Below, in pieces: positions 17,601 to 26,646 of a stretch of 64,000 nt of DNA. The position numbers and the translations under genes were made by a program. The stretch is from Clostridia bacterium (GTDB lineage Bacteria > Bacillota > Clostridia > TANB77 > CAG-508), in assembly GCA_017456555.1 (NCBI GenBank), contig JAFTJF010000013.1:31329-95328 (forward strand), read 5' to 3'. Within the stretch, counting starts at the first letter, position 1. Each line of letters begins with the position of its first letter. Below the pieces are notes generated by a model that did not search any database, had not been told where the DNA came from, and was given only the letters and a program-made list of their open reading frames with translations.

Positions 17601-20307
17601 AAATATAGCAAATACAAATCTTGGTTCAAATGAAATGGAAGTAGAATTAAAATATAGAATAATTCTATATAATGAATCAGGAAACTATACAGAAGTTGTA
17701 AAATCACTTGTTGATTACTATGATGCATCTTTTGATATATCAGAAATGACAATTACTGATTCTCCAGATGGTGGAAATGCAATTTCATATAACATAAACC
17801 AAGAAAAATGTGAAGATGGAGTTGTTGCAATAAGTAAATATAAAGAAAGTCCATCAGATGCAGAATATAAACAAGAAAAAACAACTTATAATAAATTAGT
17901 TATAGATAATTTAAATATTGAACTTGCAAGTGGAGAATTCAAAGAATTGTTTGTAACTTTAAAAGTTGATAAAGCTACAATTAATGGTGTACATGATACA
18001 ATTATTACAGGTAGAAAATCAAATATTGCAGAAATTGGAAGTTATACAACAAAATATTCAGACGGAACTCTAGCAGGTAAGATTGATAAAGATTCAGCAC
18101 CAGACAATGCTAATATAAGAGATTATAATTACACTGGATGGTATGAAGATGATACAGATTCAGCTCCAGTACCATACTTAACAGTTACTGATAAATTAAG
18201 AACAATTTCAGGTCAAGTTTGGGAAGATAGAGCTGAAGATGATTCAACAAATGGAAACGGAACTATAGACGATGACGAAGGTGTAATTAATGGTTTAACA
18301 ACACAACTTGTTGAAAAAATAACTGTAAAAGAAACAATAGATGGAACAGAAGTAGCCAAAGATTATGACTTCATTTGGCCAACAAATCAAGCATTAAACT
18401 GTTTCGGTGGAAAATCATTGAAAGATTTAACTGGATTTGATAGTACAATTGAAACAGCTCCGGCTACAAATGATGCAGGAGAAGTAATTCAAGGTGCTTA
18501 TAAGTTTGAAGGAATTCCAACTGGTAAGTATGTTGTTAGATTTGTATATGGAAATGATAAAACACAATTAGATGATACATTAGATATCACATTTGATCCG
18601 GTTGCTGTATATAAAAATTCAGGAGATATTCGTTCAAAAAATGAAAATATATTAACTGCTAACTATGATAACGATATAGAAGGAGAAACAGCAGCAGTTT
18701 ATAATGGTCAAGATTACAAAGCGACAATTTATCAAAATGGATTTGCTCAATTAGATGGAGAAGGATATATTGCTAATAGATATCATGACATAACAAATCA
18801 AGGCTTAGCTGATGCAAGAGTATCAGATGCTAGAGATAGCGAGGCTAGAAGATTAGAAATTATAGCAAAATCTGAAACAATTACTAATACAAATGGTAAT
18901 GTCTTAGCAACAGCTAATAGCAAATTTGCTGATCATACAGAATTATATAGAGAATATTACATGTTTGCTGATACAGCAATATTAGATTTACAATTAGAAA
19001 ATCCAGCAAATAATGTAACAACAGTATCTAATATAGATTGTGGTTTAATTGAAAGACCAGAAACAGAAGTAATATTAGACAAACAAATAAGCTCAATCAA
19101 ATTAATAACAAATGATCAAAGAGTAATCTTTAATGCAGATTATGATATTTCTTATGAAGTAACAAACAGAAAAGATGGAACAATAATCTCAGAAGTTGAA
19201 GATGGAAAATATTTAATAGCAAATGTAACATTAAAAGATTCTTCAATCGGTACAGATGTAATGCAAGCAATAAACAAATTTGAAGATAAGTTACCAGGAG
19301 AAAATGTTCTAAGTGTTCAAAACTTCAGATTTATAAATGTTGATGATACAATTTTACAAGGTGCTACAGTAGAACTTAACTATCAAATAACTGCATTAAA
19401 TATGAGTGAAGCTGATTATGCAAGTGATGCAATTAATAAAATTTATGAAGAACCGCTTGCAGCAGATACAAACGAAAGACTTGAATTTGCTAAATTGGCT
19501 AACATGGCTAAGGAAAATGCAGCTAAAACAAATGATGATTTAAAAGTCGGACAATATTTAGGAACATATTATTATACTGGAGATATTAGAAACGATAAAA
19601 TTGTTAAAACAAGAGTTCGTCAAGTTATTGATTATGTTGATAATGATGCAGTATTCTCTGCATTATATAACAATACAAAAAATCAAATCTGGAAAACAAC
19701 TAATGTAACAGAACTTACTGGAAATGGTTATGACCAAGAAAGAATTCTAGATAGAGCTGTATTACCAGCATATAGTATTGTTGATAAAAACGGAAAATCA
19801 TATATAGCAGACGGAAAAACAAATATTATTTTAAGTGTTGATACACTAAGAACTCAAGATGTTAACAATAAAGAGTCTAAAGATAATTCTGGATTTGAAA
19901 ATACATTAGAACCATATTCATATTATTTAGAAAATAAAGAATTTAATACAGGAGATTTGGCAACAGATGTTGAATACAAATCACAAATAGCTTTAATGGT
20001 ATCAAAAACAGTATCTGCACAAGATAAAGACTTAACATATGATAACTTAGCAGAAATTGTTAAAATACAAAATACAGTTGGTAGAAGAGATATGTTAGCT
20101 GTACCAGGTAATGCTAATCCAGTACTTGGTGAATTTAAAGCATCAATTGAAGAAAGAGATGCAAGTGCTACAGAACTTGTAACATTCACACCACCAACAG
20201 GTATTGAAGCAGAAATTCCTATGACTACACAAATATTAATAGTTACACTAGTTGCTCTAGTAATAGTTGCAGTTGGTATTGTAATCATTAAGAAAAAAGT
20301 GTTATAG
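11608..20307 (+). CDS. Giant adhesin (~2,899 aa) with many CnaB-type repeats (Y-x-V-x-E-x-x-x-P-x-G-Y), two SdrD-B-like domains and a C-terminal sorting-signal-like anchor
   Basis: signal peptide; repeats such as VYWYGDTAPTYEVTENK, FTWYGDKAPNYIVKEN, YTITEVDLPEGTAFE; C-terminal FTPPTGIEAEIP + TM + KKKVL; RBS AAGAAAGGGGGTG before ATG 11608. Confidence 0.85.
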   Translation: MNITKKLSIVFLIVISILSTAFLYRSNATQEYSGAYGDENSGFIYYERESHIMGEYSNEYDGFIFTTLNEDMRGRLIIESICQHSYDGGDYITLQDLYDFYDVLCCQKGTKLPSINETYLKGENGDTLPVSFPYLNKNDEGMLIYNDPEQEEPFASKKYTSLTLGFYNPEGDPIIAGPKEAYILAEMVKELEGAVFYYDIATDENGNKIKYEGSLEAAEKFYVADEELYIVEKEYVTTLPDGSNVRVEGVSDGNGGIVYKYKEGHYQNHYEKYEGKLTWSDSKLGSGGTYPSFECTNSSSDVNTGVVTGDDVVAPGTPIYVTGSNIVVREGDEFYRATVEGNNSYIQIAWWTTVYPESIGNHVADTAFSQEADAFEAYILQAAGVTDRDDLKHRTETVIDEETGEEKQIENAFDITYEPAWITDGEFENPTTVFEDDKQSILVGPFSIDYIEARAQFGGRPEVEFAGITGMELYTDESDEPLEFDVDWELVYLDGERTEEESNDEENPLIYPKSNEKFYIRLYDTENATQITNIKVHFRYMNAAGSWQKLKGKYFKATWTEQTRSWDVYKPVPQYDDEGNFTGYKQVFDHTEHRYWLKLTDLKEQDSQALALGIKGAKWYKTTELNRKVSINEGKVVIEKELVDNDGNPIKPIDDDDKFTFEVTVNGAINSDSEKLKVKAGDSVESRVYYWMDGEAAPTYEVEETKIPEGYEFVSIENATGTLKPLGRDTVVVKAINKVKPNSGSINVIKVMEQTSLPGTTLVGKMFDFNVKISGTFTYNGEKFENASKDVPITVEAGQNAETAIPTTVGPVYWYGDTAPTYEVTENKKEGAQLISINPDTGKFAANQDKPITVTAINKQEVENGSIRIIKTLKGSSEFTRDYIESLKFTFEIKVDGYEKETITLTTPTKQDDEGNWVWEGVSSEYVWLYGNDPDYTITEIDVPAGTEFKEGSGERYDVATRTIYDSFKNYKNQNYEVQNNIINDVTNPNNKKIKITKKVEDANLVNRDYKFLVVVKGVAFRYTHTDGTVYNCDSDQMLQIYDGGAIVLDANADYDYEKFITINATSTDGVNGTGTKETGTFTWYGDKAPNYIVKENLLGEDIASSVEPSEGTLAAGETDTIEITAWNRSTGSKGGYIHIIKTLKDAEKYSTEYISSLVFKFKIEVDGYTATTVALEPKLVDNTWVWEYTSERYSWKADQEAPNYTITEVDLPEGTAFESATGPEGSTVTGESITGKLKESVSQEVLITTDNSFINKLTGPKTDELIIEKKVTHESLNGKEFNFDVTLKGTCDFTYTDLSGNTVSENITNSEKTITVKVIGGQKSDPIKVTWYGDVAPNYVVTEQDSDIAKQVSIQNGAGTFSYEEGTQVATFTTVVNEPKLVGGQLIITKNIDNGSQDKEFLFEVRIGDENTPSYTVSIKAGELYKSDMYKWYITEDAPRYWVREINPNDGSTSNLGYDWQTGQLTYEGNATVTVDYINTYEDHEGKFKIKKVVLDEKLIDTSKDAEFKIIATVSGTYNITKDDGSVVGVNNGSRSFDITLKGGEVFTSPTITWWGDEAPTVTVDEYEIPFGWQNIGISNNGASLSEGEDLEIIVTNELPVYVTLDLTTKLGGSVWVDKPLNPDDKNTENSVENGIFDRGENSNDLAKEGVEVYVYKVVADGSGNVQERTLATVYKDLNNTEVSQPIITDATGRWDAPRVKIPTVTDEQKASGWKASYDVEFVYDGQTYEPTTFLATSGGDVSQFLNASTAEKDNFANDSMAKDVPEIRAALNNKVETIAGSSPIDGNGETVGTAIAADGSESKLHYQSRDISGDVVRIDGSASKIKSELVTTDENGIALDLFKATATTGTAGLTFPFYRDTQEWNGFRLYNQNTSITELGVEQRYWFEAVYNYCLNINLGLVERPDADLGVAKDLYSATVTVKGDGNKTDLYSYRFNSLSDIGADYYTRQLEDQAVTAEYTLGLYSTDYYYRAEMYQTNEANSEDIIYDKIINMEKNIANTNLGSNEMEVELKYRIILYNESGNYTEVVKSLVDYYDASFDISEMTITDSPDGGNAISYNINQEKCEDGVVAISKYKESPSDAEYKQEKTTYNKLVIDNLNIELASGEFKELFVTLKVDKATINGVHDTIITGRKSNIAEIGSYTTKYSDGTLAGKIDKDSAPDNANIRDYNYTGWYEDDTDSAPVPYLTVTDKLRTISGQVWEDRAEDDSTNGNGTIDDDEGVINGLTTQLVEKITVKETIDGTEVAKDYDFIWPTNQALNCFGGKSLKDLTGFDSTIETAPATNDAGEVIQGAYKFEGIPTGKYVVRFVYGNDKTQLDDTLDITFDPVAVYKNSGDIRSKNENILTANYDNDIEGETAAVYNGQDYKATIYQNGFAQLDGEGYIANRYHDITNQGLADARVSDARDSEARRLEIIAKSETITNTNGNVLATANSKFADHTELYREYYMFADTAILDLQLENPANNVTTVSNIDCGLIERPETEVILDKQISSIKLITNDQRVIFNADYDISYEVTNRKDGTIISEVEDGKYLIANVTLKDSSIGTDVMQAINKFEDKLPGENVLSVQNFRFINVDDTILQGATVELNYQITALNMSEADYASDAINKIYEEPLAADTNERLEFAKLANMAKENAAKTNDDLKVGQYLGTYYYTGDIRNDKIVKTRVRQVIDYVDNDAVFSALYNNTKNQIWKTTNVTELTGNGYDQERILDRAVLPAYSIVDKNGKSYIADGKTNIILSVDTLRTQDVNNKESKDNSGFENTLEPYSYYLENKEFNTGDLATDVEYKSQIALMVSKTVSAQDKDLTYDNLAEIVKIQNTVGRRDMLAVPGNANPVLGEFKASIEERDASATELVTFTPPTGIEAEIPMTTQILIVTLVALVIVAVGIVIIKKKVL

Positions 20308-20317
20308 AATAAATAAA

Positions 20318-20347
20318 AAGGAGTCCTAGAAATAGGACTTCTTTTTT
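20318..20347 (+). terminator. Rho-independent terminator (agtcctag-aaat-aggact, then T-run)
   Basis: inverted repeat followed by tctttttttc directly after adhesin stop. Confidence 0.6.
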
Positions 20348-20521
20348 TCTCTTTTGACAACATTTTGGGAGAAATACTTGTCTTTTTAGAATAAATGTAA
20401 TAAAATAAGAAAAAATTATCACAATGTGTAAATAACTTTTTATATGAATTTCATTAATCTGACAAAAAAGTTAAATTAGTTATGATTAAATAGATGTATA
20501 AAAAGTGAGAGGTGGTTAAGG

Positions 20522-22927
20522 ATGTTTCAAAATATTGCAGATATGGACAATCATAGCGAAGAATTAGAAAAAAATTCTAGCAATGTTATGTATAGATTAA
20601 AAGAGATTTTTAAATATCAAAATATTATTATATATGTGTTAACATTTTTAATGTCAACATTATCAGTAAAAGGAGAATTTGCTCCTTTCGGTTTAGCAAT
20701 GATGGCTGCTTGTGTTGGAGAAACTGTACCAATTATAGGCGTTTTTGTAGTAGCAATTATAGGAACTTTTGTTGGAAATGGTTTAGCTTGCTTAGGAGAT
20801 TTCGTTGCAATATCAATAATATATTTTATTCTTGTATTATTATTCAAAGCTCAAATTGCAGTTGAAGAAAGAAATGAATTGATTAAAACAGGTGGCAAAT
20901 TATTTGCTGCTTCATTAATTGTGTCAATTGCTAAAAGTGCATTAAGTGTATTTACAATGTATGATGTTTTCATAGGAATTGTAACAGCATCTATGACTTA
21001 TGTTTTTTATAAAATTTTTGTAAATGGGCTAGCATTTATTAAAGAATTGAATGTAAAAAAAGCATTTACAATTGAAGAACTTATTGCCGGAGTATTGATT
21101 GTTTCACTTGCAAGTATAGCTTTTAATTCAATAAATATATTCTCATTAAATTTAAGTAATATAATAATCACTTTCATGATTATGGTATTAGGTTGGAAAC
21201 ATGGAATGCTTGTTGGAGCTGTAACAGGAATATCTGTGGGATTAGGAATAAGCTTTGTAGATACAACTAGTTTTGTTCAAATTTCTATGTTTGCAATATC
21301 TGGAATTTTATCAGGAGCATTAAATAAATTTGGAAAAATAGGAGTAATATTAGGATTTATTTTAGGAAATGCAATTCTTACTTATTGGGTAAGAGGAGCA
21401 ACAACAATGGTAATTTACTTTAGAGAAATCTTTATTGCATCTATTGGATTATTATTAGTTCCAAGCAAAATTAAACTTGATTTAGAAGATTTATTAGGAA
21501 AAGATAAATTACTAGATAATAGTGGAGATAGAAGATTAGAGGGTGAAACAGAAGTATCTGAAAAGTTAAAAACAATTGCAGAAATGTTTGGAGAATTAAC
21601 TAAAAATTCAGATAAATCAATAATTGCAGCTAAAGAAAATATAACGCAAGATTTTTTAGATAATTTAGAAGAATTAAAACACAACATTTTTTATGAAGAG
21701 ATTGCAGATGAAGAAAATGGAATAGCTAGAGATATTTGTTCAAGTTTATTAGAAAACGATATTTTAGTTGATAAAGATTTGATTTCAATTTTAGAAAATC
21801 ATAATAATTATGTTGTAATGAAAGATAATAATATAAGAAATGATTTACAAGAAATTGTAAAAATAGCTAATAGAACTTTGAAAACTTTTCAAATAAATCT
21901 TGCAAAAGAACAAGAAAGAAGAAATAATTTAAAAACTTTTAATGAAAGCTTAAAAACAGTAACAAAAGTTATTGATAAATGTGCAGATGAAATAAAAGAA
22001 AGTAATAATCCATTTTATAAAAAAGAGCAAGAAATTACTGTACTACTAAAAAATAAAAATATAAATGTTGAAAGTTGTAATGTTAAATTATTAAAAAATG
22101 GAAAATATATAATTGAATTAAAATTAGACTATAATGATTTAAGATTAAGAGATAAGAATATAATGATAAATATTGGTGATGTAGTTTCTAAATCAATAGG
22201 AACAAAAGTAACTCTTCAAAGAGAAAGAAATAATGAAGAGGAAAACGAATATTATCAAGTATATTCAAGTGAAGATAAATTTGTATTACAAGTTGGAAGT
22301 TCAAAAATAACTAAAGAAAATAGTGAAGTGTCTGGAGATTGTAGTCTTCAAATTAAATTAGCTGATGGAAAATATTTATTAGCTATTGCAGATGGAATGG
22401 GTTCTGGAGAAAAAGCTAGAGAATGTAGTAAAATAACATTAAGATTAATGAAACAAATGCTATCTGCAGGATTTAATAAAGAAGAATCAATAGAGATGAT
22501 AAACTCAAGAATTAATTTATTAGGAACAACAGAAAGATATTCGACATTAGATGCATCAATTCTTGATTTATATACTGGAAAGCTTGAAATATTAAAAAAT
22601 GGAGCATGTTTTACTTATATAAAAAATAAGAAAAATATCAAAAAAATAGAATCAAGCAATATACCAATTGGAATAATGGACAAAATCGAAGTAAAAACAG
22701 AAACTGTAGATATTAATGATGGAGATATCATTGTAATGTGTACAGATGGAGTTCTAGATTCAAAAGAAGAGAACTCAGAATGGATAGAAGATTTTCTAAA
22801 AAATATATCTACAAATAATGTTCAAAAAATTGCAGATTTATTATTAGCAGAAGCTGTAGATAATAGTTATGGAGTTGTTAGAGATGACATGACAGTTATT
22901 GTAAGTAAAATTGTAAAAAGAAAATAA
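20522..22927 (+). CDS. spoIIE: Stage II sporulation protein E (membrane PP2C phosphatase)
   Basis: ~10 N-terminal TM helices plus C-terminal PP2C domain (LAIADGMGSGEKA ... MCTDGVLD). Confidence 0.85.
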   Translation: MFQNIADMDNHSEELEKNSSNVMYRLKEIFKYQNIIIYVLTFLMSTLSVKGEFAPFGLAMMAACVGETVPIIGVFVVAIIGTFVGNGLACLGDFVAISIIYFILVLLFKAQIAVEERNELIKTGGKLFAASLIVSIAKSALSVFTMYDVFIGIVTASMTYVFYKIFVNGLAFIKELNVKKAFTIEELIAGVLIVSLASIAFNSINIFSLNLSNIIITFMIMVLGWKHGMLVGAVTGISVGLGISFVDTTSFVQISMFAISGILSGALNKFGKIGVILGFILGNAILTYWVRGATTMVIYFREIFIASIGLLLVPSKIKLDLEDLLGKDKLLDNSGDRRLEGETEVSEKLKTIAEMFGELTKNSDKSIIAAKENITQDFLDNLEELKHNIFYEEIADEENGIARDICSSLLENDILVDKDLISILENHNNYVVMKDNNIRNDLQEIVKIANRTLKTFQINLAKEQERRNNLKTFNESLKTVTKVIDKCADEIKESNNPFYKKEQEITVLLKNKNINVESCNVKLLKNGKYIIELKLDYNDLRLRDKNIMINIGDVVSKSIGTKVTLQRERNNEEENEYYQVYSSEDKFVLQVGSSKITKENSEVSGDCSLQIKLADGKYLLAIADGMGSGEKARECSKITLRLMKQMLSAGFNKEESIEMINSRINLLGTTERYSTLDASILDLYTGKLEILKNGACFTYIKNKKNIKKIESSNIPIGIMDKIEVKTETVDINDGDIIVMCTDGVLDSKEENSEWIEDFLKNISTNNVQKIADLLLAEAVDNSYGVVRDDMTVIVSKIVKRK

Positions 22928-22932
22928 ATAGA

Positions 22933-22966
22933 AACCTGTTATCACTAAAGATAACAGGTTTTTTGA
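22933..22966 (+). terminator. Rho-independent terminator (aacctgttatc / gataacaggtt)
   Basis: 11-bp inverted repeat followed by ttttt. Confidence 0.55.
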
Positions 22967-23035
22967 TGTTTATACATATATAATTACTAACAGTAAATTG
23001 AATAGTTTTGACTATATATCAATAAAAAGAAGAGA

Positions 23036-24172
23036 TTATAAAATCTCTTCTATTAATATTTTACATATTTTTTGAGCTGCTTGAGGTTTTGCTAAAAGTT
23101 TTGCTTTTTCTTTCATTTCCATAAGCTTAGCTTCATTTTTTGAAAGACCTTTTAAAGTTCTTGCAATACTATCACCTTTTTTAAGCCAAATTGCAACTCC
23201 GTTTTTTTCTAAGAATTCAGCATTTTCTTCTTCCTGACCAGGTATTGGATTTATTATGATAATTGGAAGATTTGATGCTAAACATTCTGTTATTGTAAGT
23301 CCACCAGCTTTTGTAATAACAGCTGATGAAATATGCATTAATTCTGGAACTTTGTTAGTATATTCTAAAAGTTTTACTCTATCAGCAGAATTTGTTATTT
23401 CTATTAGTTCTTGGAATTTTTTATTCATCTTTTTGTTTTTTCCAGATATTGCAACAACTTGTAAATTTTTAAATAATCTTATTAAAACTTTTAATACCAT
23501 TATTGTTGTACTTCTTCCAAGACCAAATTCACCGCCAGCAAAGAATAATACAGTTCTTTTATCAGCTGAAAGATTAAATTCATTATAAATTTCTTCATCA
23601 TTAAAAGTTCCTAAAAACTTTTCAGAAACAGGGATACCTGTAACAAAGATTTTTTGATCATGAATTCCTTCTGCAATCATATCTCTTTTCATTTGTTGAT
23701 TTGCAACAAAGAAATAATCAGTATATTTATATAAAACTAGCCATTGATCATGTATATGATAATCTGTTAATACTGTTGCTAATTTACAATCAATTTTTTC
23801 TTTTTCTTTAAGCATTGCACACATTTGAGTTGCAAATGGGTGAGTAGATATTATTAAATCAGGTTTTTCTTCTTGAATAAGTAAGTTTAATTTATAAGAC
23901 ATTAATCTATTTGTTGTTGTACTTATATGTGAAATTGGGCCATTTCTGGCACTTTTATAAACATGTTTCCACATCCAAGGAGCTTTTTTTGCAAGTTCTT
24001 TATAAGCTTCTGTTGAAACTTTATTTACATATTTATTTATATATTCAATACAATCTACCATGACAACATCAACGTTTTCATGATATTTTTTTTCTATTTC
24101 ATTACATATTGTTTTTGCAGCAGAAAGATGTCCACCACCATAAGCACCATATAAAATTAGCACTTTTTTCAT
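23036..24172 (-). CDS. GT28-family diacylglycerol glycosyltransferase (UgtP/MGDG synthase-like)
   Basis: N-terminal YGAYGGGH motif, MGDG-synthase-like N domain and C-terminal GT-B domain. Confidence 0.7.
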   Translation of the reverse strand: MKKVLILYGAYGGGHLSAAKTICNEIEKKYHENVDVVMVDCIEYINKYVNKVSTEAYKELAKKAPWMWKHVYKSARNGPISHISTTTNRLMSYKLNLLIQEEKPDLIISTHPFATQMCAMLKEKEKIDCKLATVLTDYHIHDQWLVLYKYTDYFFVANQQMKRDMIAEGIHDQKIFVTGIPVSEKFLGTFNDEEIYNEFNLSADKRTVLFFAGGEFGLGRSTTIMVLKVLIRLFKNLQVVAISGKNKKMNKKFQELIEITNSADRVKLLEYTNKVPELMHISSAVITKAGGLTITECLASNLPIIIINPIPGQEEENAEFLEKNGVAIWLKKGDSIARTLKGLSKNEAKLMEMKEKAKLLAKPQAAQKICKILIEEIL

Positions 24173-24314
24173 AATATTTTCCTTTCAAATCTTAAAAGAT
24201 TTTCTTTATAAAATATGCTAAATTATATCACTAATTTATAAAAAACACAATAAATTAAAAAGTATATTTATTCTAAAAATGGAAATCATAAGAAAAAAAT
24301 AGAAGGAGAGTTTT

Positions 24315-25667
24315 ATGAGTAATGATTTCAAAAATAGAATGCTACTAATAAGTATTATATTATTATCAACATTATGTATTGCGACTGGATATTATGCATT
24401 TTCGTTAAGAGAAAAATATAATATTAGAAATAATAATGATTATACAGAAGCATTTAGTAATTTGGTAAACTATGTTAATAATGTGGAAAGCTATTTAGCA
24501 AAGGCAATGATTTCAAAGAGTAATGAGCATGCAGCTCAAACACTAACACAAATTTGGAAGGATTCTGGACTAGCAATGGTATATTTATCAAGGATTCCAC
24601 TAAAAAATGAAGGATTATCACAAACAGCAAAGTTTTTAAATCAAGTTAGTGATTATTCTTATTCTTTATCAAGGAAAAATATAGATGGTGGAGAGCTTGC
24701 AGAAGGTGATTTTGATAATTTAAAATCACTTCACAATTATTGTGTAGATTTAGAAAATACATTAAATCAATTATCAGAAGAAATTTATAGTGGAGAAATA
24801 AATTGGGATGATTTAAATACTGGAATTAATACAGAATTTGCTCAAGCGGTAGATAATGTTAATATTTTTTCAAACATAGATGATAACTTAAATGAATATG
24901 AAGGGCTTATATATGATGGGGCATATTCTGACCATGTAAATAAACAAGAGAAAGTAGGTTTAACAGGTCGTGAAATCGACGAGAATGAGGCAAAAAACAA
25001 AGTAAAACAATTTATAGGGGAAGAATATATAGAGTCAATAAATTCTAATGGATTTCTTGAAAATGCAGAGATTCCGTCCTATGATTTTTCAGTAAAATTA
25101 AAAGATAGAGAAGAAAATTATAGTGTTATGATTTCTAAAAAGGGTGGACATGTTGTTGAAAGTTCGTTAGATAGAGAAGTGACTGAAGAAAAAATATCAC
25201 AAGCAGAAGCAAATGAGATTGGAAAAGCATATCTTTCTGATAAAGGTTTTAAAGATATGAAAGAAACTTATTTTATAAAACAAGGAAATGTAGTAACAGT
25301 AAATTATGCTTATAATGATAATGGAATTGTTGTATATCCAGATTTAATTAAAGTTAGAATTGCTCTAGATAACGGTGAAATTCTTGGAATTGAAACAACA
25401 GGATATTTAAATTCTCATCAAGATAGAGCATATAAAGAACCAGCGATAACAATTGATGAAGCAAGAGCTTCACTAAATTCGGATTTAGAAATAAAATCAG
25501 AAAATATGGCTATAATTCCTACTGAATGGAAAACAGAGATATTTTGTTATGAGTTTAAAGGAAGTGTAGAGGGGAAGGATTTTCTTGTGTATATAAATTG
25601 CGAGACAGGAAAAGAAGAGGATATTTTAGTAATTTTAGATACACCAGGCGGAACTTTAACAGTTTAA
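24315..25667 (+). CDS. ypeB: Germination protein YpeB-like (N-terminal TM plus PepSY domains)
   Basis: 450 aa, single N-terminal TM, two C-terminal PepSY-like repeats; size and architecture match YpeB. Confidence 0.6.
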   Translation: MSNDFKNRMLLISIILLSTLCIATGYYAFSLREKYNIRNNNDYTEAFSNLVNYVNNVESYLAKAMISKSNEHAAQTLTQIWKDSGLAMVYLSRIPLKNEGLSQTAKFLNQVSDYSYSLSRKNIDGGELAEGDFDNLKSLHNYCVDLENTLNQLSEEIYSGEINWDDLNTGINTEFAQAVDNVNIFSNIDDNLNEYEGLIYDGAYSDHVNKQEKVGLTGREIDENEAKNKVKQFIGEEYIESINSNGFLENAEIPSYDFSVKLKDREENYSVMISKKGGHVVESSLDREVTEEKISQAEANEIGKAYLSDKGFKDMKETYFIKQGNVVTVNYAYNDNGIVVYPDLIKVRIALDNGEILGIETTGYLNSHQDRAYKEPAITIDEARASLNSDLEIKSENMAIIPTEWKTEIFCYEFKGSVEGKDFLVYINCETGKEEDILVILDTPGGTLTV

Positions 25668-25870
25668 AAAATGATTTTGGGGACGGAGAAAAAAATCATC
25701 CCCAAATCATTCTAAAGAAAAAGTGATTTTCTACCTAAAAAATATTGAAATTGTAATCATATTGTTATAATATAATAGCGAGTAACAAAAACTGTTAATT
25801 TGAATAAATTATAGTAAGAAAAATTCCACAAATTGTTACGGATTTGTGGATTACATATAGGAGGAAAAAC

Positions 25871-26638
25871 TTGCAAGTTAAGATAAATGATTGGAACATA
25901 AATTATGAAGTTATGGGCGAAGGCAATCCAGTAATTTTATTGCATGGATGGCTTGCTAACTTAGAAACTATGAGACCATTAGCAAATAATTTATGTCAAA
26001 ATTTCAAAGTTTATTTAGTAGACATAGTTGGTTTTGGAAAAAGTGATTTACCAGAACATCCACTAAAAACTGATGACTTTGGCGATTTCTTAAGAGATTT
26101 TATAAAAGAATTGAAAATAGAAAATCCAATCTTAATAGGACATTCAAATGGTGGAAGAACAATAATAAATGCAGTTGGAAGAGGAATTGTTTCTCCAAAG
26201 AAAGTTGTTTTAATTGACAGTGCAGGAATTAAACCAAAGAGAAGTTTAGGATATTACCTAAAAGTTGGATTTTATAAAACTGGAAAATTTATTCTTAATT
26301 TATTGCCAAATACAAAAGGTATTAAAGAATTTAAAGAAAAACTTCGCAGTAATGTTGGATCTGATGATTATAAAGCATCAGCAAATGTCTTAAAAGAAAC
26401 CATGAAAATCATAGTAAATGAAGATTTAACTCATTTATTACCAAAGATTAGTGTTCCAACTTTATTATTTTGGGGAAGCTTAGATACAGCAACACCAATA
26501 AGTGATGGAAGAAAAATGGAAAAATTAATTCCAGACTGTGGTTTAATTGAATATGCTGGAAGTACACACTTTTCTTACTTAGAAAATATTAATAATTGTA
26601 ACGCAGTATTAAATGAATTTTTTAAAAACGATAAATAA
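25871..26638 (+). CDS. Alpha/beta hydrolase fold protein
   Basis: HGW oxyanion region and GHSNGG nucleophile elbow; TTG start with AGGAGG RBS (ORF frame opens at 25844). Confidence 0.7.
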   Translation: MQVKINDWNINYEVMGEGNPVILLHGWLANLETMRPLANNLCQNFKVYLVDIVGFGKSDLPEHPLKTDDFGDFLRDFIKELKIENPILIGHSNGGRTIINAVGRGIVSPKKVVLIDSAGIKPKRSLGYYLKVGFYKTGKFILNLLPNTKGIKEFKEKLRSNVGSDDYKASANVLKETMKIIVNEDLTHLLPKISVPTLLFWGSLDTATPISDGRKMEKLIPDCGLIEYAGSTHFSYLENINNCNAVLNEFFKNDK

Positions 26639-26646
26639 AAGGGGAA

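Noticed and set aside
20350-20520. Searched spoIIE upstream region for Spo0A boxes (TGTCGAA)
   Set aside because: Only loose matches (ttgtcttt). Cannot support a call by eye.
25671-25715. Inverted repeat (atgattttgggga / tccccaaatcat) after ypeB as a terminator
   Set aside because: Good stem but no downstream T-run on either strand. Kept only as a possible weak or factor-dependent terminator.
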